From contig CM059431.1 in assembly GCA_030390025.1 (NCBI GenBank), positions 111,602,001 to 111,666,000 on the forward strand: DNA of 64,000 nucleotides, read 5' to 3'. Within the stretch, counting starts at the first letter, position 1. Each line of letters begins with the position of its first letter. Positions 1 through 10,628 of the stretch are shown here, piece by piece. The stretch comes from Squalus acanthias (lineage: Eukaryota). Under the pieces are notes generated by a model, which ran no database searches, was not told the origin of the DNA, and saw only the letters and a program-made list of their open reading frames with translations. The position numbers and the translations under genes were made by a program.

Positions 1-276
1 CCCAGAATTCACAATATAAACACAGAAAAAATGTATTCAAATCTTTTCAGGTAGGGTAGCTGTGAGAGAATCTCAGGTAGGGTAGCTGTGAGAGAATCAT
101 TTTTTCTGTGTTTATATTGTGAATTCTGGGAGATTCTCTCACAGCTACCCTACCTGAAGAAGGAGCGACAGCTCCGAAAGCTTGTAATTTTAAATAAATC
201 TGTTGGACTATAACCTGGTGTTGTGCGACTTCTCATTTTTGTCCACCCCAGTCCAACGCCGGCATCTCCACATCAT
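1..276 (+). mobile_element. Penelope-like element end (pLTR plus 3' tail) with inverted arm running off the window edge
   Basis: 99-239 matches the pLTR at ~9903-10043 and 99-276 is the reverse complement of 7413-7590; 1-44 is the same pLTR inverted; contains a hammerhead core at 151-186. Confidence 0.85.
151..186 (+). ncRNA. Minimal type-I hammerhead ribozyme motif (PLE-associated)
   Basis: UAC-CUGAAGA-A-GGAGC(GACA)GCUCC-GAAAGCUU-GUA: CUGANGA/GAAA core, 5-bp stem II, palindromic AAGCUU in place of stem III, UAC/GUA stem I. Confidence 0.8.
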
Positions 277-1156
277 CATTAGATTGAGCATTGCATTGGC
301 GGATTAATAAATCCCGTCACAATGTTACTGTGAGGTGGAATATTGGTTACATCTTCTTCCCCAATAATTAACAGCCTTCTATTGAAATTTCATTAAAATC
401 ACACATTTTAATACTGCATCACATTAGCATGTCATTAATACTGGGAACATGCATTCTCCCCTTTTTGTTAAATGAGTAATTTCACCCCATAGATTCTTAG
501 TGTTCCACATCAAAATAGAACTGGTCTCTAGTCCAAGTGCTTTTCCACAGTGATCGTAACCAGCCTCTTAAAGAAGCACTGTGCCATCACTGAGTAGATT
601 GTACTAAATACGTGCTACTGGCCTGTTTTGTTGCAGTGCAAAATAATGGCTGAATAAAATAGCTAATAGCTGATCTTATTTTTCACTGAGAAGCCTACTG
701 CCCCTTTTTTCAAGCCGTTACCCAGTCTATCCATTCCGACACCTAAAATGAAATAATTAGTCTCAAAATAAATTTCTCATCAAATTAACAAATGAATGCA
801 TCCCACCCACAGCATGGCTCCATCAGCTGAAGTCATCGGGCTCTTGACTCGCAAACTTAAGGTCTCATGTTGAAGTCAAATTTTGTTTTTATTGCATGGG
901 ATTTTTACCACTGTTTTAAGGATCAGATTCCTCAAGTGCACCTGTTTATAATTAAGTCCGCTGGTTTATGCTGACTGAATTAGTGAGATTCCATTGTTAC
1001 GTGTGATTTTCACCAGTGTTTTTTGGAGATTTAATTATATAATTTTGCCCATTTTTCCATGAAAACCGCAAGTCAATGGCTTTGGTCATACGTTCCAGAG
1101 CTTCCTGTTTTCCAAGTTAATTTGCTTCCATTGAGAGTAATATCCACCTCAGCAAG

Positions 1157-1250
1157 GAGAAAGATTTCCTCTGTGCGCTGAAATTGTAAACCCATTTGTA
1201 AACAGGTTTTCGATTATTTGACACACACAATCCACAGAGGAAATCTTCCC
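1157..1250. mobile_element. Tiny MITE-like inverted repeat
   Basis: aagatttcctctgtg ... cacagaggaaatctt termini, flanked by aag on both sides. Confidence 0.4.
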
Positions 1251-1737
1251 AAGCGGTCACGGTCATGTGAACGACGTCCCTCTTGCTCTTTCAAGATCAT
1301 CGTGGGGAACTATGCAGCTTCCTTGTGACAGGAAGAGGCTGCATGGTTTGCAAGATACTTCCCCAAAGTCATCCGAGAACGGATCTCGCTAACTTTGTGC
1401 ACCTTATGCTTCTAGGGTTAGACACTGCAGCTTTCCCAAGTAGCTGCTTTTGCAAAGTCAGTTATGCCCTAAACAGCCAGAAGAGAGACAAAAATGGCCT
1501 GAGTGCATTCAGTACAACAGTCTGAAACCTCCTAATATCCAACATATCCATGCCAAGTATATTCTACCTGAAAGAGACCAGTCATATTAGTCCTGGTAAT
1601 GGTTGCCTAAATGGCTTGTGATGAGAACCACTTTTAAGCACAGCAATACACAATTTTCACATTTATAGTCCAAGTTCTGATAAAGTTTTACTCTGAAAGG
1701 TTAGATGTGCAATTGCCACCAGACAGAAGGGACTTAC

Positions 1738-1842
1738 CAGCGATTCATTGGCACACTGAAACACGTAGCACACATACTGATTTAGTCCCGGTTCAACACT
1801 TTCTCGACAAATGAACCCAAAATGGTCAACGTGTTTTATACC
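1738..1842 (-). CDS. TBC1D4: TBC1D4 (AS160) coding exon, second PTB domain (equivalent to human exon 4)
   Basis: 105 nt, ttccAG|GGT...CTG|GTaagt; translates [35 protein letters not shown], near-identical to the TBC1D4 segment I recall. Confidence 0.95.
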
Positions 1843-2647
1843 CTGGAAGGATACAGTTAAAAGATGCCAGGTTAGATGTAAGGGAATCAGTAAAAAGAGT
1901 AGAAGCAACTTCTGAAAGTCTTCCTATCAGCAACCACCAGGGTTAAACTGACAAAATACCATCTTTTCTTGTTAGGACTGCCTCTGGCTGAGCTCTGTCA
2001 TTATGCCACCTAACAAGGATTGGCATCACTTACAGACGGCTGACTGCTCCCCCCCCCCCTCCCCGCCCACACTCCATTGGTTGTCCAACACCACCATCTT
2101 CAGTGCGCATTTCCTTCCCACGCCAATTGGAAAGTAAACAGACTCCTCATTACCCGATGGGATGATTCTTGACTGCCAATCAAACAACCGTTTCTTCCCC
2201 ATCTCCAATATTTTTATAACTAGTAAATGAAATTTTATTGATATTGTACTTGAGCAAGAATGCCAATCCTACCCCCAAGCGCAAACTCTCATCTTAATGA
2301 CTGGTTAAAAAAATCAGAAAGTTAATTTAATCTAGGTTAGAAATATTTTCTGAATGCCACTGTAAGGATTAACCCAGTTTAGGCTGTGCAGTCATGAACT
2401 CATGCTTGCCGACAAATTATTTGTAACATTTCCAGCTGTCAAGTTTTTTATTCCCGGTTTTATGGGGATTTTATGATATTGACTGTAATTGGTCTCCTGA
2501 GGGAAGCCATTACCAAACAGCGAGCCAGAATGAAGCAAGCTAGAGTTAAACATAGTTTCTGAGCAGAATTTACAGTTGGTCCAGGCAAAGTCATAGGAGC
2601 TGGATTGCGGAGATTCAACGGAATTTACACCATCACATCAGGCGTTT

Positions 2648-3597
2648 GTAGGATTGCCAACTCTGATTGGATGTATTCCTGGAGGTTTCATTGCATGAGA
2701 TCCCACCCCCCACCGCTCCTCCCCCATACTCCATTGGTTGTCCAACACCTCCATCCTCACGCCGCACTTCCTTCCCACGCCAATTGGAAAGTAAGAGCAG
2801 GTCAGAGGCTAGGTATTCTGCAGCGAGTGTCTCACCTCCTGACTCCCCAAAGCCTTTCTACCATCTACAAGGCACAAGTAAAGAGTGTGATGGAATACTC
2901 TCCACTTGCCTGGATGAGTGCAGCTCCAACAACACTCAAGAAGCTCGACACCATCCAGGACAAAGCAGCCCGTTTGATTGGCACCCCATCCACCACCTTA
3001 TACATTCACTCCCTCCACCACCGGCGTACCGTGGCTGCAGTGTGTACCATCTGCAAGATGCACTGCAGCAACTCGCCAAGGCTTCTTCGGCAGCACCTCT
3101 CAAACCCGCAACTCTACCACCTAGAAGGACAAGGGCAGCAGACGCATGGACCACTTCCACCTCCAAGTTCCGCTCCAAGTCACACCAACCTGACTTGGAA
3201 ATATATCGGCAATCCTTCATCATCGCTGGGTCAAAATCCTGGAACTCCCTACCTAACAGCACTGTGGGAGTACCTTCACCACACAGACTGCAGCGGTTCA
3301 AGAAGGCGGCTCACCACCACCTTCTCAAGGGCAATTAGGGATGGGCAATAAATGCTGGCCCTGCCAGCGACGCCCACATCCCACAAACAAATTTAAAAAA
3401 AGTAAACAGACTCTTTATTACCCGATGGGATAATTCTTGACTGCCAATCAAACAGCCTGATTTCCTGATCTCCAATCGTTTTATAACTAATAAATGAGAG
3501 TGTCCATAGAAATGAAAAAAAACACACATTTCTTTTCATGTCCCTATGATTTTTCTCCTGGGTGGCTCACAGCAATCCTGGAGGATTGGCAAACCCA
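2648..3597 (+). mobile_element. hAT-like non-autonomous element (TAGGGTTGCCAA-type ends) interrupted by a LINE 3' fragment
   Basis: taggattgccaactctgattgg ... ggattggcaaaccc; related copies at ~2050-2230, ~34690-35528 (-), ~41545-41795 and ~59255-59495. Confidence 0.55.
2793..3400 (+). mobile_element. 3' fragment of non-LTR retrotransposon (same family as 50660-54908)
   Basis: ORF segment QRLGILQRVSHLL...MEYSPLAWMSAAPTTLKKLDTIQDKA; 3' UTR gggcaataaatgctggcc plus A tail; aaagtaa repeated at both flanks. Confidence 0.85.
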
Positions 3598-4083
3598 GGT
3601 GTTTGTAAGGTTTGTCAAATGATCTTTCGTGGGAAAAAAGAGGCTCTACCATTTGCCACGCTGGCCTCATGATCCAGGTAGCCATTTTTCCTGAGATTAA
3701 CTGTCCGCTCCTCAGCTCCCAGCACTTAACAACCTCTCAGAAATGAGCGGCAGACTGTACTGGGAACCAGGACTGAGCAACAGACCATCATGCAGCTGTG
3801 TCCATGCCACAAACAAGACTGCAGCCTTGACAAGGAGATCAGTCAAACTGAGGCGATTTTATTTTTTAAATTTTTTTAATAAAATGTAAAATAACTCATC
3901 ACAAAGTGTACCTGTCAGTGAAAAACTCAAAGAAAGATCGCCTGGGGAGATAATCCTGAAACACACCTCGAACCACTCTTGTTGTGAAAATGATAACAAT
4001 TGTGGGCAGCGCCTAATTATACCAATTACAATAACTAAATAAAAAGTGAAGATAAACACTGGAAAAGCCAGATAACTACAAAC

Positions 4084-4173
4084 CTGAGAACACGAGGAAA
4101 TATTTTTGAAATTCTTTTCAAGTACAACTGTTTTGGTATCGGGACTGATGAGGTTAACTTCAAACCGACCGAC
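4084..4173 (-). CDS. TBC1D4: TBC1D4 coding exon (equivalent to human exon 3)
   Basis: 90 nt, ttttcatAG|GTC...CAG|GTttgt; my translation is [30 protein letters not shown] (not in the ORF track). Confidence 0.95.
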
Positions 4174-5231
4174 CTATGAAAAGAAAACACAGATATGACT
4201 CCCTTTGAAAATAAAACAAACAGCCAGTGTTTCAGTCAGTACAACCACAGAACCACAGGACGAATGTTGTTAAGATCCGCATTGTGTTGAAAGCGTATGA
4301 CACTGCCTTGAGATATGTACATTTACAGCTCTGCCCCGTGACAACCACGTGCTTGATGAAAGAACGAAGATTTCTTTGTGACACAAACATACACAGGGGC
4401 AGCTGTCGCCAGCTTTCAGTCCTCCTTCGTTTAAAGAGACAGCAACCAAACACACATAATTATCACTGTTTAAAAGCAAAAACAAAATTAAAAGCGGATT
4501 ATTTTTGTTTTGCCGTTTCTCTCCCTCCAATTTCTCTCCGATCTCCGCTCATGACCTCTCCGCGTTCATCTTGTCCATGAGATTCACTTCCTGCTCCCAT
4601 GACCCTATTCCCACCAAACTGCTGACTACCCAACTTCCTTTTCTGGCTCCCATGTTAGCTGATATTGTTAACGATTCTCTCTCCTCAGGTACTGTCCCCC
4701 TCTCCTTCAAATCTGCCGTCATCACCCCTCTCCTCAAAAAAACAACCCTTGACCCCTCCGTCCTTGCAAACTGCCGCCCCATCTCCAACCTCCCTTTCCT
4801 CTCCAAAGTCCTTGAACGTGCTGTCGTCGCCCAAATCCGTGCCCAGCTTTCCTGCAAATCCATGTTTGAAACCCTCCAATCAGGTTTCCGCCCTTGACAC
4901 AGTACCGAAACAGCTTTCATCAAAGTCACAAATGACATCCTTTGTGACTGTGACAAAGGTAAACTATCCCTCCTCATCCTTCTTGACTTGTCTGCAGCCT
5001 TTGACACAGTTGATGACTCCATCTTTCTCCAACACCGTCGTCCAGCTGGGTGGGACTGCACTCGCCTGGTTCCATTCTTATCTATCTAATCATAGCCAGA
5101 GAATCACCTGCAATGGCTTCTCTTCCCACTCCCGCATCGTTACCTCTGGTGTTTCCCAAGGATCTATCCTTGGCCCCTTCCTATTTCTCATCTACATGTT
5201 GCCCCTTGGCGACATCATCCGAAAACACAGA

Positions 5232-6291
5232 GGGCTGGATTTTCATTGACCCGTGGAGGTGGGTTTGGAGGCATGTGGGGGGTTAAAATTGTGAAAACTG
5301 GTGGGCGGGCACAAGCCCGCCTCCACGCAATTTTCATTAAATCGTGTCTGCTGGTCCCGACTCCGTGAGGCGGGATAGGCTGTTAAGGACATTAACAAGC
5401 ACTAAATTGCCTCTATAATGCCATTTTGAAAGGCCTTTGTGATTTTAACCCTTTTTCTACGTGAAGCACGCCTGTTCTGAACCACGAATGTGAAACCTGG
5501 CGGGAGCACATCTGGCTGGCTGGCTGGCTGATCGATCTGGGAGTGGTGGTGGATGGGAGACATATCTGGGAGCAGATTTAGGGCTGCTGCTGCTCATTTT
5601 CCATCCAGGTCCTCTCACAGCAAAGGCCAGGCAGTCTTTGCAGACCTTCAATGCAGCAGCAATGATGACATCATCAGAGGCGACTTTCAGACTGAAAACA
5701 CTAATTGGTTCATGGGTTCCCACATGCTGGAACTCAATTGCCCAATTAGGTGAAAATCACATCATAGAAACTAGGAGCAGGAGTAGGCCATTCGGTCCCG
5801 TCGAGCCTGCTCCACCATTCAATACGATCATGGCTGATCATCCAAATCCAGTACCCTGTCCCTGCTATCTCACACAGAATCCCCATCGAGCCTGCACCGA
5901 CACATATCCCACCCTATCCCCGTAACCCCACGTATTTAATTCCCCCTAACATATCCCATCCTATCCCCGTAACCCCGCATATTTAATCCCCCCCTAACAC
6001 TAAGGGTCAATTTATCATAGCCAAATCAACCTAACCCGCACATTTTTGGACTGTGGGAGGAAACCGGAGCACCCGGAGGAAACCCACGCAGACACAGGGA
6101 GAATGTGCAAACTCCACACAGACAGTCACCTGAGGCCAGATTCGAACTCGGGTCCCTAGCGCTGTGAGGCACCAGTGCTAACCACTATGCCACCGTGTTG
6201 CATCAATCTCCCACATCCAATTGCAGTCGGGTGCATAACACGAAAAGTGGATGACACAACCCCAACCCGCCCCAGTATCAAAATCCAGCCC
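5232..6291 (+). mobile_element. PIF/Harbinger-type non-autonomous transposon (family A, copy 1)
   Basis: TIR gggctggatttt/aaaatccagccc, 3-bp TSD AGA; internal similarity to the 10629-12061 element. Confidence 0.8.
5765..6197 (-). mobile_element. HE1-type V-SINE (tRNA head, V domain, CR1/HER1-like tail)
   Basis: Minus strand: tRNA-like head, gtgtggagtttgcacattctccc...gtgggtttcctccgggtgctccggtttcctcccacagtccaaa V domain, and tail gaatggcctactcctgctccta shared with CR1 3' ends in the window. Confidence 0.85.
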
Positions 6292-7502
6292 AGAGTTTCC
6301 ACATGTACGCTGATGACACCCAGCTCTACCTCACTACCACTTCTCTCAAGCCCTCCACGGTCTCTAAATTGTCAGACTGCTTGTCCGACATCCAGTTCTG
6401 GATGAACAGAAATTTTCTCCAATTAAATATTGGGAAGACATAAGCCATTGTTTTCGGTCCCCGCCACAAACTCCATTCCCTAGCCACTGACTCCATCCCT
6501 CTCCCTAACATCTGTCTGAGGCTGAACCACACTGTTCGCAACCTTGGTGTCATATTTGACCCTGAAATGAGCTTCCGACCACATATCCGCAGCATAACTA
6601 AGACCGCCTATTTCCACCTCCGTAACATCCCCCGTCTCCGCCCTTGCCTCAGCTGATCCGCTGCTGAAACACTCATCCATACCTTTGTTACCTCTAGACT
6701 TGACTATTCCAATGCACTCCTGGCTGGCCTCCCACATTCTACCCTACGTAAACTTGAGGTCATCCAAAACTCGGCTGCCCGTGTCCTAACTCGCACCAAG
6801 TCTCGTTCACCCATCACCCCTGTGCTCGCTGACCTACACTGGCTCCCAGTTAAGCAACGCCTCGATTTCAAAAGTCTCATCCTAGTTTTCAAATCCCTCC
6901 ATGGCCTCGCCCCTCCCTATCTCTGTAATCTCCTTCAGCCCCACAACCGCCCAAGATATCTGTGCTCCTCTAATTCTGCCCTCTTGAGCATCCCTGATTA
7001 TAATCGCTCAACCATTGGTGGCCGTGCCTTCTGTTGCCTAGGCCCTAAGCTCTGGAATTCCCTGCCGAAACCTCTCCGCCTCGCTACCTCTCTTTCCTCC
7101 TTTAAGACGTTCTTTGACCAAGCTTTTGGTCACGTGCCCTAATTTCTCCTTATGTGGCTCGGTGTCAAATTTTCTTTGTCTTATAAAACTCCTGTGAAGC
7201 GTCTTGGATGTTTTACTACGTTAAAGGCGATATATAAATCTAAGTTGTTGTTGTTATCGTTCCCCTTCTATTTTTCCCCAATCTCCTTGTGGCACGCATG
7301 ATCTATGGCTCAGAGGGCAGGGATGCAAGTAACCTACTCCAAAACCTCCGTCCACTCAGAGGTATATGAGAATCCCAAATGGAAACAACTGCTTATATTA
7401 ACAATAGAGGTCATGATGTGGAGATGCCGGCGTTGGACTGGGGTGGACAAAAATGAGAAGTCGCACAACACCAGGTTATAGTCCAACAGATTTATTTAAA
7501 AT

Positions 7503-7538
7503 TACAAGCTTTCGGAGCTGTCGCTCCTTCTTCAGGTA
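7503..7538 (-). ncRNA. Minimal hammerhead ribozyme motif (sense to TBC1D4 pre-mRNA)
   Basis: Reverse complement of the 151-186 motif. Confidence 0.8.
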
Positions 7539-7767
7539 GGGTAGCTGTGAGAGAATCTCCCAGAATTCACAATATAAACACAGAAAAAATGTATTCAAAT
7601 CTTGCCCTACATCAAAGACACACTAAGAGCACAGCCAAGACAATGAGATGTGTCCCAGGGGGTCCAACGTGTCAAAACACCTGCTGGCTGCATATCCTCT
7701 CCATTTGGGTTTGGTTCTTGTGTTAGTTTTTTTAAAAAAACCTGGAAAGACCGGCCATGATGTCAAG

Positions 7768-8916
7768 TCACGTTCTGTATCGTGACATGAACCCGATATC
7801 GCGATTGAGGCCATCCTCATGAGTGCGGAACTTGGCTATCAGTTTCTGCTCTATGATTTTGCGCTGTCGTGTATCCTGAAGGCCGCCTTGGAGAACGCTT
7901 ACCCGCAGATCCGAGGCTGAATGCCCCTGACTGCTGAAGTGTTCCCCGACTGGGAGGCAACCCTCCTGCCTGGCGATTGTTGCGCGGTGTCCGTTCATAC
8001 GTTGTCTCAGTGTCTGCATGGTCTCGCCGATGTACCATGCTCTGGGGCATCCTTTACTGCAACGTATCAGGTAGACAACGTTGGCCGAGTCACATGAGTA
8101 TGTACCATGTACCTGGTGGGTAGTGTCCTCACGTGTGATGATGGTATCTGTGTCCATGATCTGGCATGTCTTGCAGAGGTTGCCGTGGCAGGGTTGTGTG
8201 GTGTCGTGGTTGCTGTTCTCCTGAAAGATGGGTAATCTGCTGCGAACGATGGTACTTTTGAGGTTAGGCGGCTGCTTGAAGGCGAGTAGTGGAGGAGTGG
8301 GGATGGCCTTAGCAAGGTGTTCGTCGTCATCGATGACATGTTGAAGGCTGCGAAGAACATGGCATAGTTTTTCCGCTCCGGGGAAGTACTGGACGACGTA
8401 GGGTACTCTGTTGGTTGTGTCCCGTGTTCGTCTTCTGAGGAGGTCTATGCGGTTTTTCGCTGTGGCCCGTCGGAACTGTCGATCGACGAGTCGAGCGTCA
8501 TATCCCGTTCTTACGAGGGCGTCTTTCAGTGTCCGTAGGTGTCCATCGCGTTCCTCCTCGTCTGAGCAGATCCTGTGTATTCGCAGGGCTTGTCCATAGG
8601 GGATGGCTTCTTTAACGTGGTTAGGGTGGAAGCTGGAGAAGTGGAGCATCGTGAGGTTGTCCGTGGGCTTGCGATAGAGTGAAGTGCTGAGGCGTCCGTC
8701 TTTGATGGAGATTCGTGTGTCCAAGAATGAAACTGATTCTGAGGAGTAGTCCATGGTGAGTTTGATGGTGGGATGGAACCTGTTGATGCTATCGTGTAGT
8801 CCTTTCAGTGATCCTTCGCCGTGGGTCCAAAGGAAGAAGATGTCGTCGATGTATCTGGTGTACAGCGTTGGTTGGAGGTCCTGTGCAGCGAAGAAGTCTT
8901 GCTCGAACTTGTGCAT
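7768..8916 (-). CDS. Penelope-like RT C-terminal half plus GIY-YIG endonuclease (5'-truncated, frame open)
   Basis: YTRYIDDIF RT motif, FLD, YRKPT; linker C-x4-C-x2-C (PCHGNLCKTC); VVYLIRC...C...WYIGET...R...H...H...E...GLN GIY-YIG pattern. Confidence 0.92.
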   Translation of the reverse strand: MHKFEQDFFAAQDLQPTLYTRYIDDIFFLWTHGEGSLKGLHDSINRFHPTIKLTMDYSSESVSFLDTRISIKDGRLSTSLYRKPTDNLTMLHFSSFHPNHVKEAIPYGQALRIHRICSDEEERDGHLRTLKDALVRTGYDARLVDRQFRRATAKNRIDLLRRRTRDTTNRVPYVVQYFPGAEKLCHVLRSLQHVIDDDEHLAKAIPTPPLLAFKQPPNLKSTIVRSRLPIFQENSNHDTTQPCHGNLCKTCQIMDTDTIITREDTTHQVHGTYSCDSANVVYLIRCSKGCPRAWYIGETMQTLRQRMNGHRATIARQEGCLPVGEHFSSQGHSASDLRVSVLQGGLQDTRQRKIIEQKLIAKFRTHEDGLNRDIGFMSRYRT

Positions 8917-8927
8917 GAAGATGTTGA

Positions 8928-9726
8928 CTCAGACGAGGAGGAACGCGATGGACACCTACAGACACTGAAAGACGCCCTCGTAAGAACGGGATATGACGCT
9001 CGACTCGTCGATCGACAGTTCCGACGGGCCACAGCGAAAAACCGCATAGACCTCCTCAGAAGACGAACACGGGACACAACCAACAGAGTACCCTACGTCG
9101 TCCAGTACTTCCCCGGAGCGGAAAAACTACGCCATGTTCTTCGCAGCCTTCAACATGTCATCGATGACGACGAACACCTTGCTAAGGCCATCCCCACGCC
9201 TCCACTACTCGCCTTCAAGCAGCCGCCTAACCTCAAAAGTACCATCGTTCGCAGCAGATTACCCATCTTTCAGGAGAACAGCAACCACGACACCACACAA
9301 CCCTGCCACGGCAACCTCTGCAAGACATGCCAGATCATGGACACAGATACCATCATCACACGTGAGGACACTACCCACCAGGTACATGGTACATACTCAT
9401 GTAACTCGGCCAACGTTGTCTACCTGATACGTTGCAGTAAAGGATGCCCCAGAGCATGGTACATCGGCGAGACCATGCAGACACTGAGACAACGTATGAA
9501 CGGACACCGCGCAACAATCGCCAGGCAGGAGGGTTGCCTCCCAGTCGGGGAACACTTCAGCAGTCAGGGGCATTCAGCCTCGGATCTGTGGGTAAGCGTT
9601 CTCCAAGGCGGCCTTCGGGATACACGACAGCGCAAAATCATAGAGCAGAAACTGATAGCCAAGTTCCGCACTCATGAGGATGGCCTCAATCGCGATATCG
9701 GGTTCATGTCACAATACAGAACGTGA
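8928..9726 (+). pseudogene. Second, inverted and shorter copy of the Penelope thumb/linker/GIY-YIG region
   Basis: Same protein from SDEEERDGH onward with about 6 substitutions; the upstream part of ORF 8821 is antisense read-through. Confidence 0.9.
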
Positions 9727-9954
9727 CTTGACATCATGGCCAGTCTTTCCAGGTTTTTTTTTAAAACTAACACAAGAACCAAACCCAAATGGAGAGGATA
9801 TGCAGCCAGCAGGTGTTTTGACACGTTGGACCCCCTGGGACACATCTCATTGTCTTGGCTGTGCTCTTAGTGCGTCTTTGATGTAGGGAAAGATTTGAAT
9901 ACATTTTTTCTGTGTTTATATTGTGAATTCTGGGAGATTCTCTCACAGCTACCC

Positions 9955-9990
9955 TACCTGAAGAAGGAGCGACAGCTCCGAAAGCTTGTA
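9955..9990 (+). ncRNA. Minimal hammerhead ribozyme motif
   Basis: Identical to 151-186. Confidence 0.8.
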
Positions 9991-10628
9991 ATTTTAAATA
10001 AATCTGTTGGACTATAACCTGGTGTTGTGCGACTTCTCATTTTCATATTAACAATCACAGCGCATGGTCAGGACAACTTAAAGAGCCCCCTGTGTTCGAT
10101 GTGGTGGAGGGGTAGAGTTGGCATAGTCATGTGTCACTTGCACTGTAGTGATGCAGTGACGTAAGCAATTAATATTTTTGCTTTGTGGTTGGAATAATTA
10201 CACCGTCGTGTCCAACAAAGAAAAAAAACGTTTTTCTGAATTGATTGTGTAATGACAGTGCCGTTGTTAAGCAATGAAATCATGACTTTAAGCTGTCTGA
10301 ACTCGACTAGATTCTAAACAGTGAATGGACCTGTTTAGATGCACGATGAATGGAGTAATTTTTATTAATGTGTTTGTACAGCAATGAATCTGCTGGTTAG
10401 ATATGCGGTATGCATAAATGAACTGCAATGCTATAAACCTGAAATAAATTGCACATATTATACAGATTATCATCTGCATAATAAAAATGAATGTGGGAGA
10501 ATCCTGACTCTTGTAAAGGACACACTTAAAACTGCCGTGCCCCAGTCGTGTGTGGCTATCAGGCACTTTCCTACAGGGAAGTAAGGAAGGTTCCACTGGC
10601 ATGAGGGTCGGTAACCAGAGGACACAGA

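Larger units (their letters stand above)
4542..7255 (+). mobile_element. L2-clade LINE, 5'-truncated, decayed RT; hosts a MITE and a SINE
   Basis: RT motifs ANCRPISNLPFLSKVLE, QSGFRP, GVSQGSILGP, MYADDTQLY; 3' end LHWLPVKQRLDFK...GRAF and (gtt)n tail. Confidence 0.9.
7406..10044. mobile_element. Penelope-like retroelement (Neptune-type), fold-back insertion of two 5'-truncated inverted copies
   Basis: Arms ~7451-8566 and 8928-10043 are inverted near-identical copies; 11-bp TSD atattaacaat at 7395-7405 and 10045-10055; only the left arm has the ~40-nt tail. Confidence 0.93.

Noticed and set aside
8821..9726. 301-aa ORF as an independent GIY-YIG gene
   Set aside because: Its first ~36 codons are antisense RT sequence across the inversion junction, so it is a chimeric by-product.
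7406..10044. Assembly artefact (fold-back chimera)
   Set aside because: The arms carry independent substitutions, are asymmetric in the way expected for PLEs, and are bounded by an 11-bp TSD.
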